The position numbers and the translations under genes are program-made. This document shows positions 38,110 to 51,036 of a stretch of 64,000 bases of DNA, piece after piece. Below the pieces are notes generated by a model. It did not search any database. It worked only from the letters and a program-made list of their open reading frames with translations, and was not told the origin of the DNA. This DNA is from Chiloscyllium plagiosum. Lineage: Eukaryota. Where the stretch lies: assembly GCF_004010195.1 (NCBI RefSeq), contig NC_057718.1, positions 21,123,612-21,187,611 of the forward strand. The letters run 5' to 3'. Positions within the stretch are counted from its first letter, which is position 1; every line of letters starts with the position of its first letter.

Positions 38110-41100
38110 AATTAGTCTCTACAAATCTACCCATTTTGGTCTTCAACCTTCTTAATAGTTGAGCTGCCACAGTCCTCTGGGGTAGATAACTTCAAAGATT
38201 AACCTCCCACTGAGTGAAGAGCTTGTACCCTCAGCCCGGTCTTAAATGGCCTGCTCATTATCCAGAGATTACATCCCTTGGTTCCCTAGTCACCAGTCAA
38301 GGGAAAAATCTACAACCACCCTGTCATGGTCTATGAGAATTTCGTAAATTTCAAGGAGACCACTTCTCATTCTTCAAAACTCTAGAGAATCCAGACCCAG
38401 TTTCCTCACTCACTCATCATAAGACAATCCCACTATTCTAGTGATTAATGTGGTAAACTTCAAGTGCACTCCTTCAATGGCAGGTATATCCTTCCTCAGA
38501 CCAGGAGACCAAAACTATCGACAACAATCCAAGTCAAGTTGCATCAATGTTCTGTACAACTGCAGTAAGACATTTTTACTTCTGCATTCAAATCCTCTTC
38601 AAATTAATGGCAACATATTGTTTGCCTTTCTAATTGCTTGCTGTACCTGCTTAACTTTTAGTGACTCATGGACAAGAATACCAAGATCACTTGTATACCC
38701 ACAATTCCTAACCTCTCACCACTTAATGAGTACTCTGCTCTTCTGTTTCTTCCACTGAAGTTCACACTAATTTACATCATAATCCATCTGCAATGTTCTA
38801 GCCTATGTACTTAGCCTGCCCAAATCCTCATGAAGCCTCCCAGCACCAAGCTCATTACTTATATTTCTGTTCAGTTTGGTGCCACCAACAAATTTGGAAA
38901 TATTACAATTATCCCACATACCCAAATCATCATGAGTTGTTGTGAACCTAGCACTGATTCCTGCAGTACCTTACTGGTAACAACCTGTCATCCATTTATT
39001 TCTTCGTTTCTTATCCATTAACCAATCCACACTAACATATTCCCCCCAATCTCCTATGCTACCATTTTATTAACTCAACTCCTTCCTTGGATAGAACGTT
39101 TTTTAAAAATTCTTCAGAAAATACATCACATTCACTGTTCCTCCATTGTCTATATTGCAAGTAACATTCTTAGACAAAAAACTCCAAGTTTTTAAACATG
39201 ATTTTCCTTTTAGAAATCTAGGTTACTCTGCCCAATTTTGCTACCCTTTTCTAGCGTTCAGTTATCATATCGTTTACAACACATGATAACATTTCTCCCA
39301 CAGTGGATGTCAAGCTAATAAAGTTTGCAATGTTTCACTCTCCCTCAATTCTTAAAAAGCTCAATTACATTTGCTACTTTCCAGTCAGCAAGAACCTTGC
39401 TATAGTCCACAGAATCACAAAGATCACCATCATTACAGGCATTATTTCTACTGCTACTTCCTTAAACACTTTGGGTTAAAGCTCATCTAGGTCAGGAGAT
39501 TTATCACCCTCAATCTGGTTCAGTTTTCAGGTATTCATAGTTTATTAATAATAATCTTTTTTAGCTCCAGTTTCACAAGCTTCTTGATGACCTGGGATTT
39601 ATGTGAGGTTTTCTATATCTGTATTTTTCTTGTATTATTTACAATAAATGCAAGTGATAATAAATAAATCATTCATTCATATCTCTTCTGTGAAGACTGA
39701 TGCAAAGTAACTGTTTAGTTTCTGTGCAAGTTTCCTGTTCTCCATTCTAAATTCTCCTGTCTTCACCTGTAATGGGCCACATTTATCAATAAAAAATTTT
39801 ATACAGCCCACCTTTACAATCCTCATTAGTTTGTATTCATATTGTCCTCCTTTGTTGGGTCCTAAATTGTTCTAAATTCTCAAGCTTACCACTATTTCTG
39901 GCATTCTTAAAGGCAGCTTCCCTTGACATTTTGCTATCTCTAATTTCTTTTATTAACCATGGTTGATCACTTTTCCCTTTGGGTGTTTGTGCCTGAGAAG
40001 AATGTGCAGCTTTAGCAGGCCTTGTAGTATTTCTTTAATACCAGCCATGGTCTTCCGGCAAGTTTTTCAGTTGGCTTTTTTCAATACACCACAGCCAACT
40101 TGACCTTCATAGTTTCTATCTTCACAGTTTCCTTTGCTCAGGTATAAGACCCTATTCTCAGAATGAACAATGATGTGAACTATGTTGCAGTCATACTCCA
40201 TATAACATTCTATCATATTAGATTATCTATTCCCCAAAAGCTTTCTTTCCAAGTGTAGCAATTAGCCTTTTCCCATTACACAACACTGAACTGAAATTAG
40301 TCCAATCCTGGTTGCCTCCTCAACATACTCTTTCAGAAACCCATTTCTTATAAACAACAGGAGTTTCTTCTCCACAACATTAGTGCTGACTTTGTTAATC
40401 AGCTTATTTGCAAACTGAAAGTTACCCATTCTTCTGCATTGCGAATGTTACATGCATCTCTCATAACCTGATTTATAGTGTAACCAATGTTAGTACTAAA
40501 GTTTGGAGTTGTCTAAACAATTATCACCAAAGTTTGCTTTCCTTGTTGTGACTTAATTCCAGCTAAACGGATGCAACACCTTGATCATTCGATCAAAGAT
40601 CATTTTTTACTGATGCACTTATGTCACCTCTTATTAGAGGTGATATCCCATCATTTTCCTTTTTGAATACTGCTCCTAAATGCAGATATTCAGTTCCCAA
40701 CTTGGTCACCACATAGCCACATCTCTGATGGAAAATAATATCAATTCGCCTCAACTTGTGCATCAAATAATCAATCTTTTGTGAATGGCATATGCGCTCA
40801 GATAGAGTGCCTTCAATTATTATATTGTTCTCTAATTTAATTCTATTTGATGCTTTATCGGTCTTCTATTTTTGCCTACTATTTTTCTTCTGTCTTTTAC
40901 TAGCTGTATTTCTCTGGAATTGAGCTCCCTCTTTGCTTCCCACCCCCCTGCCAAAATCTTCCCAATTAAAAAAACTCTGAGGATATTAGTCTGAGACCTG
41001 CCAAGATACAACCTTTCTATCTTGTCCCATTCCAGTCCCAATGCATCAGAAATCAGACGCTTTCCTTCCTAAGCGAGATTTCCAGCAACGTGTTCAATTG

Positions 41101-42430
41101 CTCAGTTCTTCTGTTTCTCTGTTCACAAGCTCATAAGACTGGGAGTAGTCCTGAGATTACTGATTTGGAGATCCTGCTTTTCTATTTCCTTCCTAGTTTC
41201 TTGAAATCTGTTTTCAGGATCTCATTCCCCTTATTTACATCATGGTGCTAACACTGTTTATGACCTCTGGTTGTTCACCTTCTGAAGAATGCCCTGCAAC
41301 CATCACCATCTGCAAGTTCTCCTCCAAGCCACTCATTATTCTGACCTGAAAATATATCACATTTCCTTTACTATCAGTGAGTTAAACACCTGGAATTCCA
41401 TCCCTAACGATATTGTGGGTCTACTGACAGCACATGGACTGCAATGGATCAAAAAGGCAGCTTACCATCACCTTCACAAGGGCAAATGGGGACAGGCAAT
41501 AAATGCTGGTCCAGCAAATGACACCCATGTCCCATGAGTGAATAAAAATATGACACTCTGTGGTATCCCTGACCATGGTACAATGGAGGCAACATACATC
41601 CTGGAATCACATTTATAACGACAGAAACACCCACTGTTTTCCACGCTTCTTTCTCCTTGTATAGCTGATCTGCCTGTGGTGACACTGACCTGCCTATGAC
41701 TGCATTCTTCTTAGGAACCATTACTGACACCAGTATGCAAAGTGAAAAACTGATTTGTGAATGTGATACTGCAAGAGTCCCCGAAACAAAATGCTTGGTT
41801 CTTTGGGTTCCCTGGCAGTCATCCATTCCTTACATGCCTGCATTCCCCTCAGCTGTGGTGTGATCACCTGTGTTAGTGCACTATCCACATAGCCTCCTGT
41901 CTCACCGTTGCACAACAGTGATTCCAGCGATTTTGGATGGTGATACTTCTTGCAAATATGTTCAACTTAAGACACATGGTGCATCCATGACTTCCAACAT
42001 TCCACAAATTGCATACTCTACTCAAACAAGCTGTCTGCCATATTTTATACTGACTATTTAATATAAAAAGAGTGACTTACTGTTACTCATGAATTGCTCC
42101 CTCCATTGTACTGAAGTTGGAGTAAAGACATAAATTTAAAAAATCCCTCTTCCCCACTTCAGTTAACTTGCTATCAATTAAACTCTCACTGTTTGAAATC
42201 TGGACTCCACTTGTATTCACATCTTTTGGATCTACAGTACAACAACTAGAATGAATTAGTTTACCAGTTAACTAGTCAAAACTCTCTAATTGAGCATGCT
42301 TACTGTCCAGGACTGGAAAAAACATACTTTCGTACCTTATTTTAATTCTTATCCCAATAAAAACAGTTAAATGCCAGCTACAAACCGTACTTTTAGAAAT
42401 ATATGATACTTAATAACTCACCAGTGGCCT
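38110..42430 (-). mobile_element. Old, long, heavily decayed CR1 (3' UTR to ORF1/5' region)
   Basis: Colinear remnants of the C-terminus (agaccaggagaccaaaact), RT, tgaagactgatgcaaagtaa, endonuclease and ORF1 esterase (gtcctgagattact..cctgctttt). Confidence 0.7.
41285..41548 (+). mobile_element. CR1/L2-group LINE 3' end nested in the old CR1
   Basis: Ends ggcaataaatgctggtccagcaaatgacacccatgtcccatgagtgaataaaaa. Confidence 0.8.
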
Positions 42431-42724
42431 AACTCACATGGCTTGAAATCTTCACTCCTCATACTGTCATTGTTTCTTTTGCCAATTACCTTAAAAACAT
42501 GTACTCTTGTTTTCAATCCTTCTATAAATGGGAAATTTATCTAATTTGTCCATGATTTTAAACACTTATGAAAGCCTCACACAGCTCTTCTCCCAGCAAA
42601 ACATCTATTCAATCTACATACGTAACTGAAGTTCCCCATTCCTGGAGGCATTTTCATGAATCTTTTCTGAATTCTCTCCAGTACGTTCACACCTTTCCTA
42701 AAGAAAGGGTAAAGGCAGATGATC

Positions 42725-42900
42725 ACCCTGAAATTGCAACATTTAAGAGGTATTTGGATGGGTATATGAATAGGAAGGGTTTGGAGGGATATGTGCCGGG
42801 TGATGGCAGATGGGACTTGTTTGGGTTGGGATATCTGATCGGCATGGACAGGTTGAACCGAAGGGTCTGTTTCCATGCTGTACATCTCTATGACTCTGTG
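42725..42900 (+). mobile_element. CR1 3' terminal fragment
   Basis: Homologous to 2015-2212 (TFKRYLDGYMNRKGLEGY plus 3' UTR). Confidence 0.8.
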
Positions 42901-44429
42901 AATGGCAGAGCAGTCTTAAGGATCTGTATGGTTACTCCTGCTCCTATGTCAACTCTTTTTAAGAACTTCCTGTCAATTAGTCAAAATTGAGGTGAAACCC
43001 ATACTGCTACTAACTTGGCCATTTCTTCAGCAAGGTGAGATAATGGGGTTGCATCCTTGTGCTGAGGTGTGGGACAAGAAATCAGTCAGGGTTCTTATTC
43101 TAACAGAGATCCAAAAAGTCCTTGCTGCAATCTACAAATGGGTGTGTGTTGGGTGAGGATTGAGTTTAGCTGCACTGTTCTCACTTAGCCTGTCAACATT
43201 CTATATTTAGCTTCACACCCTTAGAAGGTAAGGTGAGAAAACTCAAAAAGTCCCTAATCTAGAAATTTTTATTGCATTACAACAGTGTCTTTCCTATATG
43301 ATTTTACACTGCAAAATTATTTCCAGCAACAAATAACTGAACTGAAATCGCCTTACCAATATAAAAACATAGAATTATTGAAATACACAACCATTCCATC
43401 AGTAACTTTTCAGTATAATCACTCCAACACAACTTGCATTTTTGGCATTTGGAATTTATCTATCGTACTGTTTTAAATGTTTTTCTTGAGAATTCCATGC
43501 CACTGGCAAGATTCCATTTATTGTCCAAATCTGGTTGCCATGAGAAAGTGGTGATAGGCTTTTCTCTTTGATAGACTATAGTTCCTTTGATGGAAGCATC
43601 TACTTGGTAAAGAACAGATTTACAAAAGCTATGCTGTGATTAATGGTCAGAAGTATGCTGCTGGTATCACTGTGGGTGCTTTACTGGGGAAAGAGCTGAA
43701 ATTTACAGTACTTGCACTAGTCTGGGGGATGGGACCATACACTTTATATTTTGTAGTCCCATGCAAATAGAATGATTCAATCCCATATTTGCAATTCTCA
43801 ACATGAAATGCAAATAAAAATGTAATCATTTTATTCACTGCATAACCAGTCCCCTCCGAGATGCCATAAGTACAAAAAAACTGCAGAATCAGTACTATTG
43901 TCACTTATTGAACTTAGTCTTTTCCATATTAAATCACTCGATGTTGACATGATTGTATTTCAAAAAGTGCCTGTATTTACACATCACATACTGAAGACGT
44001 TCTTCTTATGAGGTTATAATTCAACAAATGTGCAGAAGCAGAACAAGACCATTTCTGCCAGATTTGTAAACAGTGCCAAATTTTCCTTCACTGAGCAATC
44101 AGCATAATTGCACCACATATTAGCCTGGCACACAAGGTCATACCACACAGAGTCAAAACATATAACACAACTGGAGTCCAAAACAAAACTGGCAATTACA
44201 AAAATTCTTTCAGTTGCATAGAACAATTTCATACTATTTTTAAATAGATTGAGTAATGATATAATCAAGGAGCAGGATATGAACAGCTGAAGCACTACTG
44301 AGTTAATTAATCCAGTTCCACAAAATTGAATCTATTATTCAAAGAAAGGAGCAAACAAATGGGTTTGAGGAGCATTGATCACTTTTTTTGGTGGAAAGGG
44401 AGAGATGAAGAATCATCTTCAAATTTCTT

Positions 44430-44970
44430 ACTCATTCCTGAGCACCACTGACAAAGCTAGTATTTATTATTCAACCCAAGTGCTCTGGAAAAGATAGTGG
44501 TAAGTAGCTCTTGAAAACATGAAGTTGATAACAGTACTATTAGAAAGGCAGTTCCAGGATGTTAACCCAATGTTCCTCAAGGGGTGGTGATATAGTTCCA
44601 ATATGTGCAGAGAGAGAAGAAACTTGCATTTGGTGATGTTCCCATGCACCTGCTGCTCTCATTCTTCTAGGTGAGAGAGATTTCAGATTGAAAAAGGTGC
44701 TGTTCCAGAACTTTGGCAAGTTGCTGCAGTGCATCTTTTGAATGGCACATTATGCTTCCATTATGAACCAGGGATGGAAGGCTTGAACATTTAAGGTGGA
44801 AAACGGGAAATGGATTAAGTAGCTACTTTGTCTTTGACATTGTTGAACTTCTTGAATGGAGCTACACTCATCCTGGGAAGTGGGGAGCATCTCATCACAT
44901 TCTTAACTTGTATATTATACTTATAATATTATGTTAAGTGGACATACTTTGGAGAGCTACTTGCTGTAGA
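44430..44970 (-). mobile_element. CR1/L2-group LINE 3' end, decayed
   Basis: Colinear with 23050-23600 (ggtgatgttcccatgcacctgctgc..ggcaagttgctgcagtgcatctt). Confidence 0.7.
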
Positions 44971-46109
44971 CATGATGCACTGACTGAGGTTGGGAACTTG
45001 CCGAGGAGCAGATTTAATCTTTGATACTGAGATAAGGGGGGTTTTGGAGACAAGGGAAGGGACAGTGAAGGCTGAGTGGAAATATATAGGTGAACCAGAA
45101 ACTTGAACTATTATCCATGTCTTTTAATACTCCAGTGAATTTTCAGTTCAATTATTCACATTGAGCTGTATGACACTTATGGATAATATTTTGATAATAA
45201 ACAGATGTTTCAGTGTTTCTTGGAAACCAAGAAACACTGGAAGATCTGTTTATAATTAGCACTGCTGCTGTAACTTTTACTTACACTGATTACCTTAAGG
45301 CTGCAAGTCTGTCCCCTCAGTTACAAGAATTACAAAGACTGAAAATTATAGGTAAAAGGACCAAAATGTATGTATCATCTTTGCTATTTGTTCAATTGTT
45401 TTTATGGAAATAAGACATACATCAGCCCTGTGCCAGTTCTTCATGTATAATGCAATATTCCTGGCATCTTTCTCTTTTAAGTACTGCAACAAAATTCCAC
45501 GACCCATTAGGCAGACCATCCAAAATATTTTTCAATACAATATATGAACAAAACAGTTCCCTAAAGGAGTGGTCTGAATTTTAAGCAGAAGTGGATATCA
45601 CATGCTTTTAATTATCTCGATAGATGAGCTAGAAATTCTCTTTGTGAAGGTATTCATTAATTTTCCTCATGTCATTTCCAAAGGAGTGCATTTTGTTTTG
45701 AAGACAAGGTGGTGGGTTGAACTCTGTACAAGATCCCAGAGATCTAAATATTAAGTCAGGTTATAACATTGGGAGATACACTTAAAATGCTAGTCTCTCA
45801 CAACATTATGACGTTATTTGCTCTCAGTTGCAACACTGTGCTGAATTATTGCCAGGTCAGAGCCCACTAAATACATAATTCAAACATTTACGATGATAAC
45901 AAAAGAAGCTTATTTCAGGTTAATGATGACCTTCATCAAAACCTGCCTGATTCTCTCTCCACAGACTGCCTAATTTGAGTATCTCCAGCATTTTCTTCTT
46001 TTATTTCAGGTTTCCAGCAACTGGATTATTTTGTTTCTCTATTATAGTTCCTTTCTCCAAATTGTATCCAGTGCTAACAGGCAATTTTGAACTCTTTAAT
46101 CCATCCTCT

Positions 46110-46400
46110 ATGTCAACTCCCACAAATAGCAGACTGAGAATGACAGATAATCTGCTTTTTCAGGTTTATTGAGGGTAAGCAGAGGCCAAGACAGCAGAGA
46201 TAAGTCTGCTGCTCTTCTTCAAAATAGTGACATGGAATCCTTTACATTCACCAGAGGGGACAGATGCTGACTTGTTTTAATATGTCATCCAAAATACGAT
46301 GCCTTTGACAGTGCTGCATACCTCAATACTACAATTGAAAGTCGGCCTTGATTATGGTGCTGAAATCCAGTAGTGGGACCCAAATCTACAAATGTTAGAA
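46110..46400 (-). mobile_element. Deu-domain SINE (SacSINE1/AmnSINE-like)
   Basis: gctcttcttcaaaatagtgacatggaatcctttacattcacc.gag.gg.cagat..gttttaat..tcatccaaaa.acgatgcctttgacagtgctgca matches the reverse complement of the Deu core as I recall it. Confidence 0.7.
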
Positions 46401-47324
46401 TGGTGTGCACCTGGGCTCAGGATTAGGCTCACTGTGGTTTCAAATTTAGATTAAAACTTTGATCCAGAACCTCAATGCAACTAGCCAAACTTGCAGACTA
46501 AATCAGCAGCAGACCGGAGAAGTAGTGGAATTCAAGAAGATAGGGCCAAACAAACAATGGTAAATTAATTTAATGCAGACAAGTGTAAAAAAAAAAATTC
46601 ATATCAAAAGGAGAAATAGACAACATATGAACTTTTTGGATAATGGGTCTGAACATTAGCCTTTTTGGTTAACTGACAGTTTTAAATTTCTTGGAGGGTC
46701 TCTTGCCATGAGGCTTAGCAAGATTACGTATCGTATCTTACCAAACTCATTTCTAACTATCGACCCTGCCCTCTCATCTCAGCCCCATCTTACCATGCAC
46801 CCCTCCTAAAACTACCCGTAACTGCCAGGATATCTTGGAATTGACAGGTATCCCTGGTGGCAGTGACATCTTTAAAAGACCGTTATGCACCCCAATACAT
46901 ACTATTAGTCTGGACCTGCTCTGTATGGTTCCTGACATTTGCCGGAAACATGCAATACAAGGGACAACTGGAAAGTAGCGACCTGTGCAGGCACAAGTAG
47001 TCTTCCTCCCCCAGGACCAGAGAGATCATGGCACAAGACTTTGCCATCCTGGTCTGAGGTTGCCCCACCCCCTCAGCCATATGGAGGAATACAGAGCAAT
47101 GTAGGATTGTCACTCTGCCAGCATTAAGTGTCATCATTTTCTCTATGATACCTCTCACACACTACTAGAAACAGTTCCTGCCAACACTCATGCTTTAAAC
47201 ATTCACTATTGCCTGCACCTCTTCCCTTGCTTGCTCAAACCTTGCCAGCATGATCCATGCACACCTTTGCGCTGCATACTCACTCGTTTGGGACACCTCC
47301 CCACATTCTTTTTTCTTTATTTTA

Positions 47325-47582
47325 TTATTCATTCATTTGTTATTATTGCCTATTTCTAATTGCCCAGAGGGCAGTTAAGAGTCAACTACATTGCTGTGGT
47401 TCTGGAGTCACATATAGGCCAAACCATTCTCAACAAATCGACAAAACTTCTAATGATGACCATGAAACCAATTTCCAGATTTTACGGAGTTCAAATTACA
47501 CCATTCGAATCCAGGTTCCCAGAACATTACCTGGGTCTCTGGATTAATACTGTGTGTTAATACCACGAGGCCATTGCCTCTC
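47325..47582 (-). mobile_element. tRNA-derived SINE with CR1/L2-group tail
   Basis: Reverse complement of the family at 60495-60846 (gagggcagttaagagtcaac..cattgctgtgg.tctggagtcacat). Confidence 0.7.
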
Positions 47583-48077
47583 TGCAGGATCAAGACCAGC
47601 CCCAGCAGCTGATTGGCATCAGCGACAGTAGCTGGATTACTGTGCCAGGAACTGTGACCAAAGCCAGCTCGCTTGACTTGACTGAGAATTGCTTGTTACC
47701 ATGACAAAAGGCCTGGCTTGTTACTCAACTAGGCAAGGCAATACTGCTGTACTACAAGCCAAGTCAAGTATCTCTGGCTGAAGGATGGGTACAAAACGGC
47801 AAGGAGTTTCCAGATAGGCTCAGATTAAGTGAGCATATGAGAGCAAGTAAACAGCCAGGAGATAGATCCTGGTCCAAACCGCGAGCTGTATGAGTGTCTA
47901 AGTGCAATTTTTCCTTGCGCATTACAATGCCATTGCACCCAAAGTGCACCACTCAAGTACAGAAGCATCCAGTGAATGGATTGGAGATGTGTCACAAAGA
48001 TCCTTAGAGAGTAGTATATGCTGGATACCAATTTCTATGGGTGTGGGGTGTGTTGCCCATGAACAGTACACAGAGAT

Positions 48078-48634
48078 TCAGAGAGCACCTCTGGGCCACC
48101 CGGACGAACCAACCCAACCAACCTGTGGCACAGCATTTCAACTCCCCCTCCCACTCCACCGAGGATATGCAGGTCATTGGACTCATCCACCGCCAAACCA
48201 CAACAACCCGACGGTCGGAGGAGGAGCGTCTTATCTTCCGACTGGGAACCCTCCAACCGCAGGGGATGAACTTGGACTTCACCAGTTTCTTCATCCCCCC
48301 TCCCCCCACCTTGTCTCAGCCGGATCCTTCCAGCCCGGCACCGCCTTCCTGACCTGCAGTCTTCTTCTTGACCTCTCCGCCTCCACCCTACTCCGACCTA
48401 TCACCCTCACCTTGACCTCTTTCCACCTATCACATTTCCAACTCCCCTCCTCCAAGTCCCTCCTCCCTACCTTTTATCTTCTCCTGCTGAACACTCTCTG
48501 CTCATTCTTGAAGAAGGGCCTGTGCCCGAAACGTCGAATCTCCTGTTCCCTGGATGCTGCCTGACCTGCTGTGCTGTTCCAGCAATAAAGTTTCAACTTT
48601 GATCTCCAGCATCTGCAGACCTCACTTTCTCCTC
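48078..48634 (+). mobile_element. Penelope-like element 3' fragment: GIY-YIG endonuclease C-terminus plus terminal repeat, 9-bp TSD
   Basis: RFREHL..PVAQHFNSPSHS..RRSEEERLIFRLGTLQPQGMN; TSD cacagagat at 48069-48077 and 48635-48643. Confidence 0.9.
48503..48540 (+). ncRNA. Hammerhead motif with a C3U core mutation
   Basis: cauuc-UUGAAGA-A-GGGC(cugu)GCCC-GAAAC-GUC-gaauc; stem I AUUC/GAAU pairs fully. Confidence 0.65.
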
Positions 48635-49514
48635 CACAGAGATGTTGGCACCTGGTGTCCAAAGTGGGGGCCCTTTAGAGCAAATAGCGAGTTGAAGTCA
48701 CTAGATACTTGCTCTCCATGTTGAGAATTCTCAGCATCATCTGCTTAGGGCTGGTAATAGAATAATAAGCTGCTAATGACATGATGTGTGCAGTTAATAA
48801 GGTTATTAACAAGCAATAACCCTCCTTAATTGGCCAATCATCACTCTCCAATTTTGACATCTGGCACTTTAATTAAAGGATGCAGCGACATTTAAAAAAA
48901 ATATGCAGCAAGTAGTTCTTGACATCAGGATGCACGTTTCTCACTATAGCCTACGTTATTCAGTCGCTAAAAGATCCATCCATGGTGAATTTTCCATTTT
49001 GAAAACATTTTTGTATAAAATGTATCTGCCTGAACAGAAGTATCAAAAAGTTAATTAGATAGAAATGTTGGCTATTGAGCAACAAGGCTCACCATTGCTA
49101 TTTCTGTGCACGAAAATATAATTTATGAATGACTATAATATTATTTCAAGTTTTCTGGGTGAATTCTGAATTACTCATGGTAATATCATTATCACTTTTC
49201 AGATGAGATCCTGAACTAAGATCTTGGTTCAATGTTTACCAGAAAGCAACTAACTGTAACGTGTGATTTTAAAGTGTGAGCCCGAGTGAGGTTTCTCATG
49301 TTATATCCCAAAACTTGTCAGATTACCTAAGCACCAGGGCTCTTTGTCACCCTGTTCATCCCATTCTCCTACTTGCAACTGGCGAAAGTATGTGCAATTG
49401 CCAGCATTTTGGTGTTAATGCCAGTTTTAAGGACCAGAGGTGCATATGGTCAAGTGCTGCCTACCAGGATATGTCCTTCACTGTGGATGTTGTGGGAAAG
49501 TAACAAAATGAAAC

Positions 49515-49755
49515 AAAAAAATCCTAAAAGGACTGTGGATGCTGTAAATCAGAAATAAAAACAGAAGTTGCTGGAAAAGCTCAGCAGGTCTGGCAGCATC
49601 TATACAGAGAAATCAGTGTTAATGTTTCAGGTCCATTGACCCTTCCTCAGAAGGATCCTGAGGAATTGTCACCGCATCAGAAACGTTAACTCTGATTTCT
49701 CATCACAGATGCTGCCAGACCTGCCGAGCTTCCCAGCAATTTGTTTTTGTTGTTG
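49515..49755. mobile_element. Palindromic PLE-derived element (second subfamily) with back-to-back hammerhead motifs, 10-bp TSD
   Basis: Arms are inverted around ~49654. Minus-strand CUGAGGAAGGGUC(aaug)GACCUGAAACAUU and plus-strand CUGAGGA..GAAACGUU. TSD aaaatgaaac at 49505-49514 and 49756-49765. Confidence 0.8.
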
Positions 49756-50149
49756 AAAATGAAACCCTTCTCAGGATACAAAATTGACAACTGACAGTGC
49801 ATTGCAGATACAAGTGCACATTTGAAAAAGTCTATTTGATCACACCTTAGCATCATCCTAATTCAGAACTCTGTCTGAGGGAGTTCTATTCTTTCTCCAA
49901 TGCCCAGTGTAGCCTAACATCTTTTCATTGTTCAATGTGGGATCATCACATTCTGGAAAGCCCTCAAACGGTTGAAAACCATTACTTTTATTCAGCAACA
50001 GCAAATGTGAACAAAAAAACAAAGAGAAGCTGCATTTGCTTCTGCGAACACAAGCTGGATCATTTTCTTTTGAGCACTAACAAATTCACCAATGAGTGAT
50101 CACTGCACCCAGCTCATGTCTATTAGAACTGAGTATCAGTTAAGTCCTG

Positions 50150-50315
50150 CCTGCCTTGTTGCACTAAGAATATACCCCCTCCCAAAGTCCTCAGCTTCCT
50201 CCTTGAAAGTCAGCTCATTCTCTCCCAGCTCTTTCGAGTCCATCACATCCACTCTTTGCCGGTTTCAATTGTGCAGAGCACAGCATGCTAGAATTATGCA
50301 GCATACTGTCTGGAC
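50150..50315 (-). pseudogene. PIF/Harbinger (HARBI1-like) transposase C-terminal remnant
   Basis: Reverse strand reads SPD/VCCIILACCALHN*NRQR followed by an acidic stretch; matches the II.ACC.LHN motif. Confidence 0.7.
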
Positions 50316-50492
50316 TTCACTATAAGACCATAAGACATAGGAGTGGAAGTAAGGCCATTCGGCCCATCAAGTCCACTCCGCCATTCAATCATGGCTGATG
50401 GGCATTTCAACTCCACTTACCCGCATTCTTCCCGTAGCCCTTAATTCCTTGGGACATCAAGAATTTATCAATCTCTGCCTTGAAGACATTTA

Positions 50493-50765
50493 GCAGCAGG
50501 TCAAGCAGCATCCAAGGAACAGGAGAATCGACGTTTCGGGCATGAGCCCTTCTTCAGGAATGAGGAAAGTGTGTCCAGCAGGCTAAGATAAAAGGTAGGG
50601 AGGAGGAACTTGGGGGAGGGGCGTTGGAAATGCGATAGGTGGAAGGAGGTCAAGGTGAGGGTGATAGGCCGGAGTGGGGGGGGGGCGGAGAGGTCAGGAA
50701 GAAGATTGCAGGTTAGGAAAGCGGTGCTGAGTTCGAGGGATTTGACTGAGACAAGGTGGGGAGAG
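50493..50765 (-). mobile_element. PLE terminal repeat inserted in the CR1 3' end; runs into a gap
   Basis: Close homologue of 21740-21945. Confidence 0.88.
50525..50562 (-). ncRNA. Minimal type I hammerhead ribozyme motif
   Basis: Reverse complement reads cauucCUGAAGAAGGGC(ucau)GCCCGAAACGUCgauuc; core intact. Confidence 0.8.
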
Positions 50766-51036
50766 NNNNNNNNNNNNNNNNNNNNNNNNNNNNNNNNNNN
50801 NNNNNNNNNNNNNNNNNNNNNNNNNNNNNNNNNNNNNNNNNNNNNNNNNNNNNNNNNNNNNNNNNNNNNNNNNNNNNNNNNNNNNNNNNNNNNNNNNNNN
50901 NNNNNNNNNNNNNNNNNNNNNNNNNNNNNNNNNNNNNNNNNNNNNNNNNNNNNNNNNNNNNNNNNNNNNNNNNNNNNNNNNNNNNNNNNNNNNNNNNNNN
51001 NNNNNNNNNNNNNNNNNNNNNNNNNNNNNNNNNNNN
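50766..51036. other. Assembly gap
   Basis: Run of N between a PLE and a CR1. Confidence 1.

Larger units (their letters stand above)
46693..48980 (+). mobile_element. Possible PIF/Harbinger-derived element with decayed Myb/SANT-like ORF, interrupted by a SINE and a PLE
   Basis: 46980-47110 gives TLPSWSEVA..R..EQCR, resembling Harbinger Myb/SANT proteins. Terminal inverted match is weak (ggagggtctctt / aaagatccatcc). Confidence 0.35.

Noticed and set aside
43647..44295. 85-aa and 93-aa ORFs in non-repeat DNA
   Set aside because: No recognisable domain or splice signals; lengths are compatible with chance.
49948..49959. Minus-strand TTT CCA GAA TGT (FPEC), the start of the expected upstream PRKD3 exon
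   Set aside because: No AG acceptor precedes it and it continues DDPTLNNEK... to a stop; chance match.
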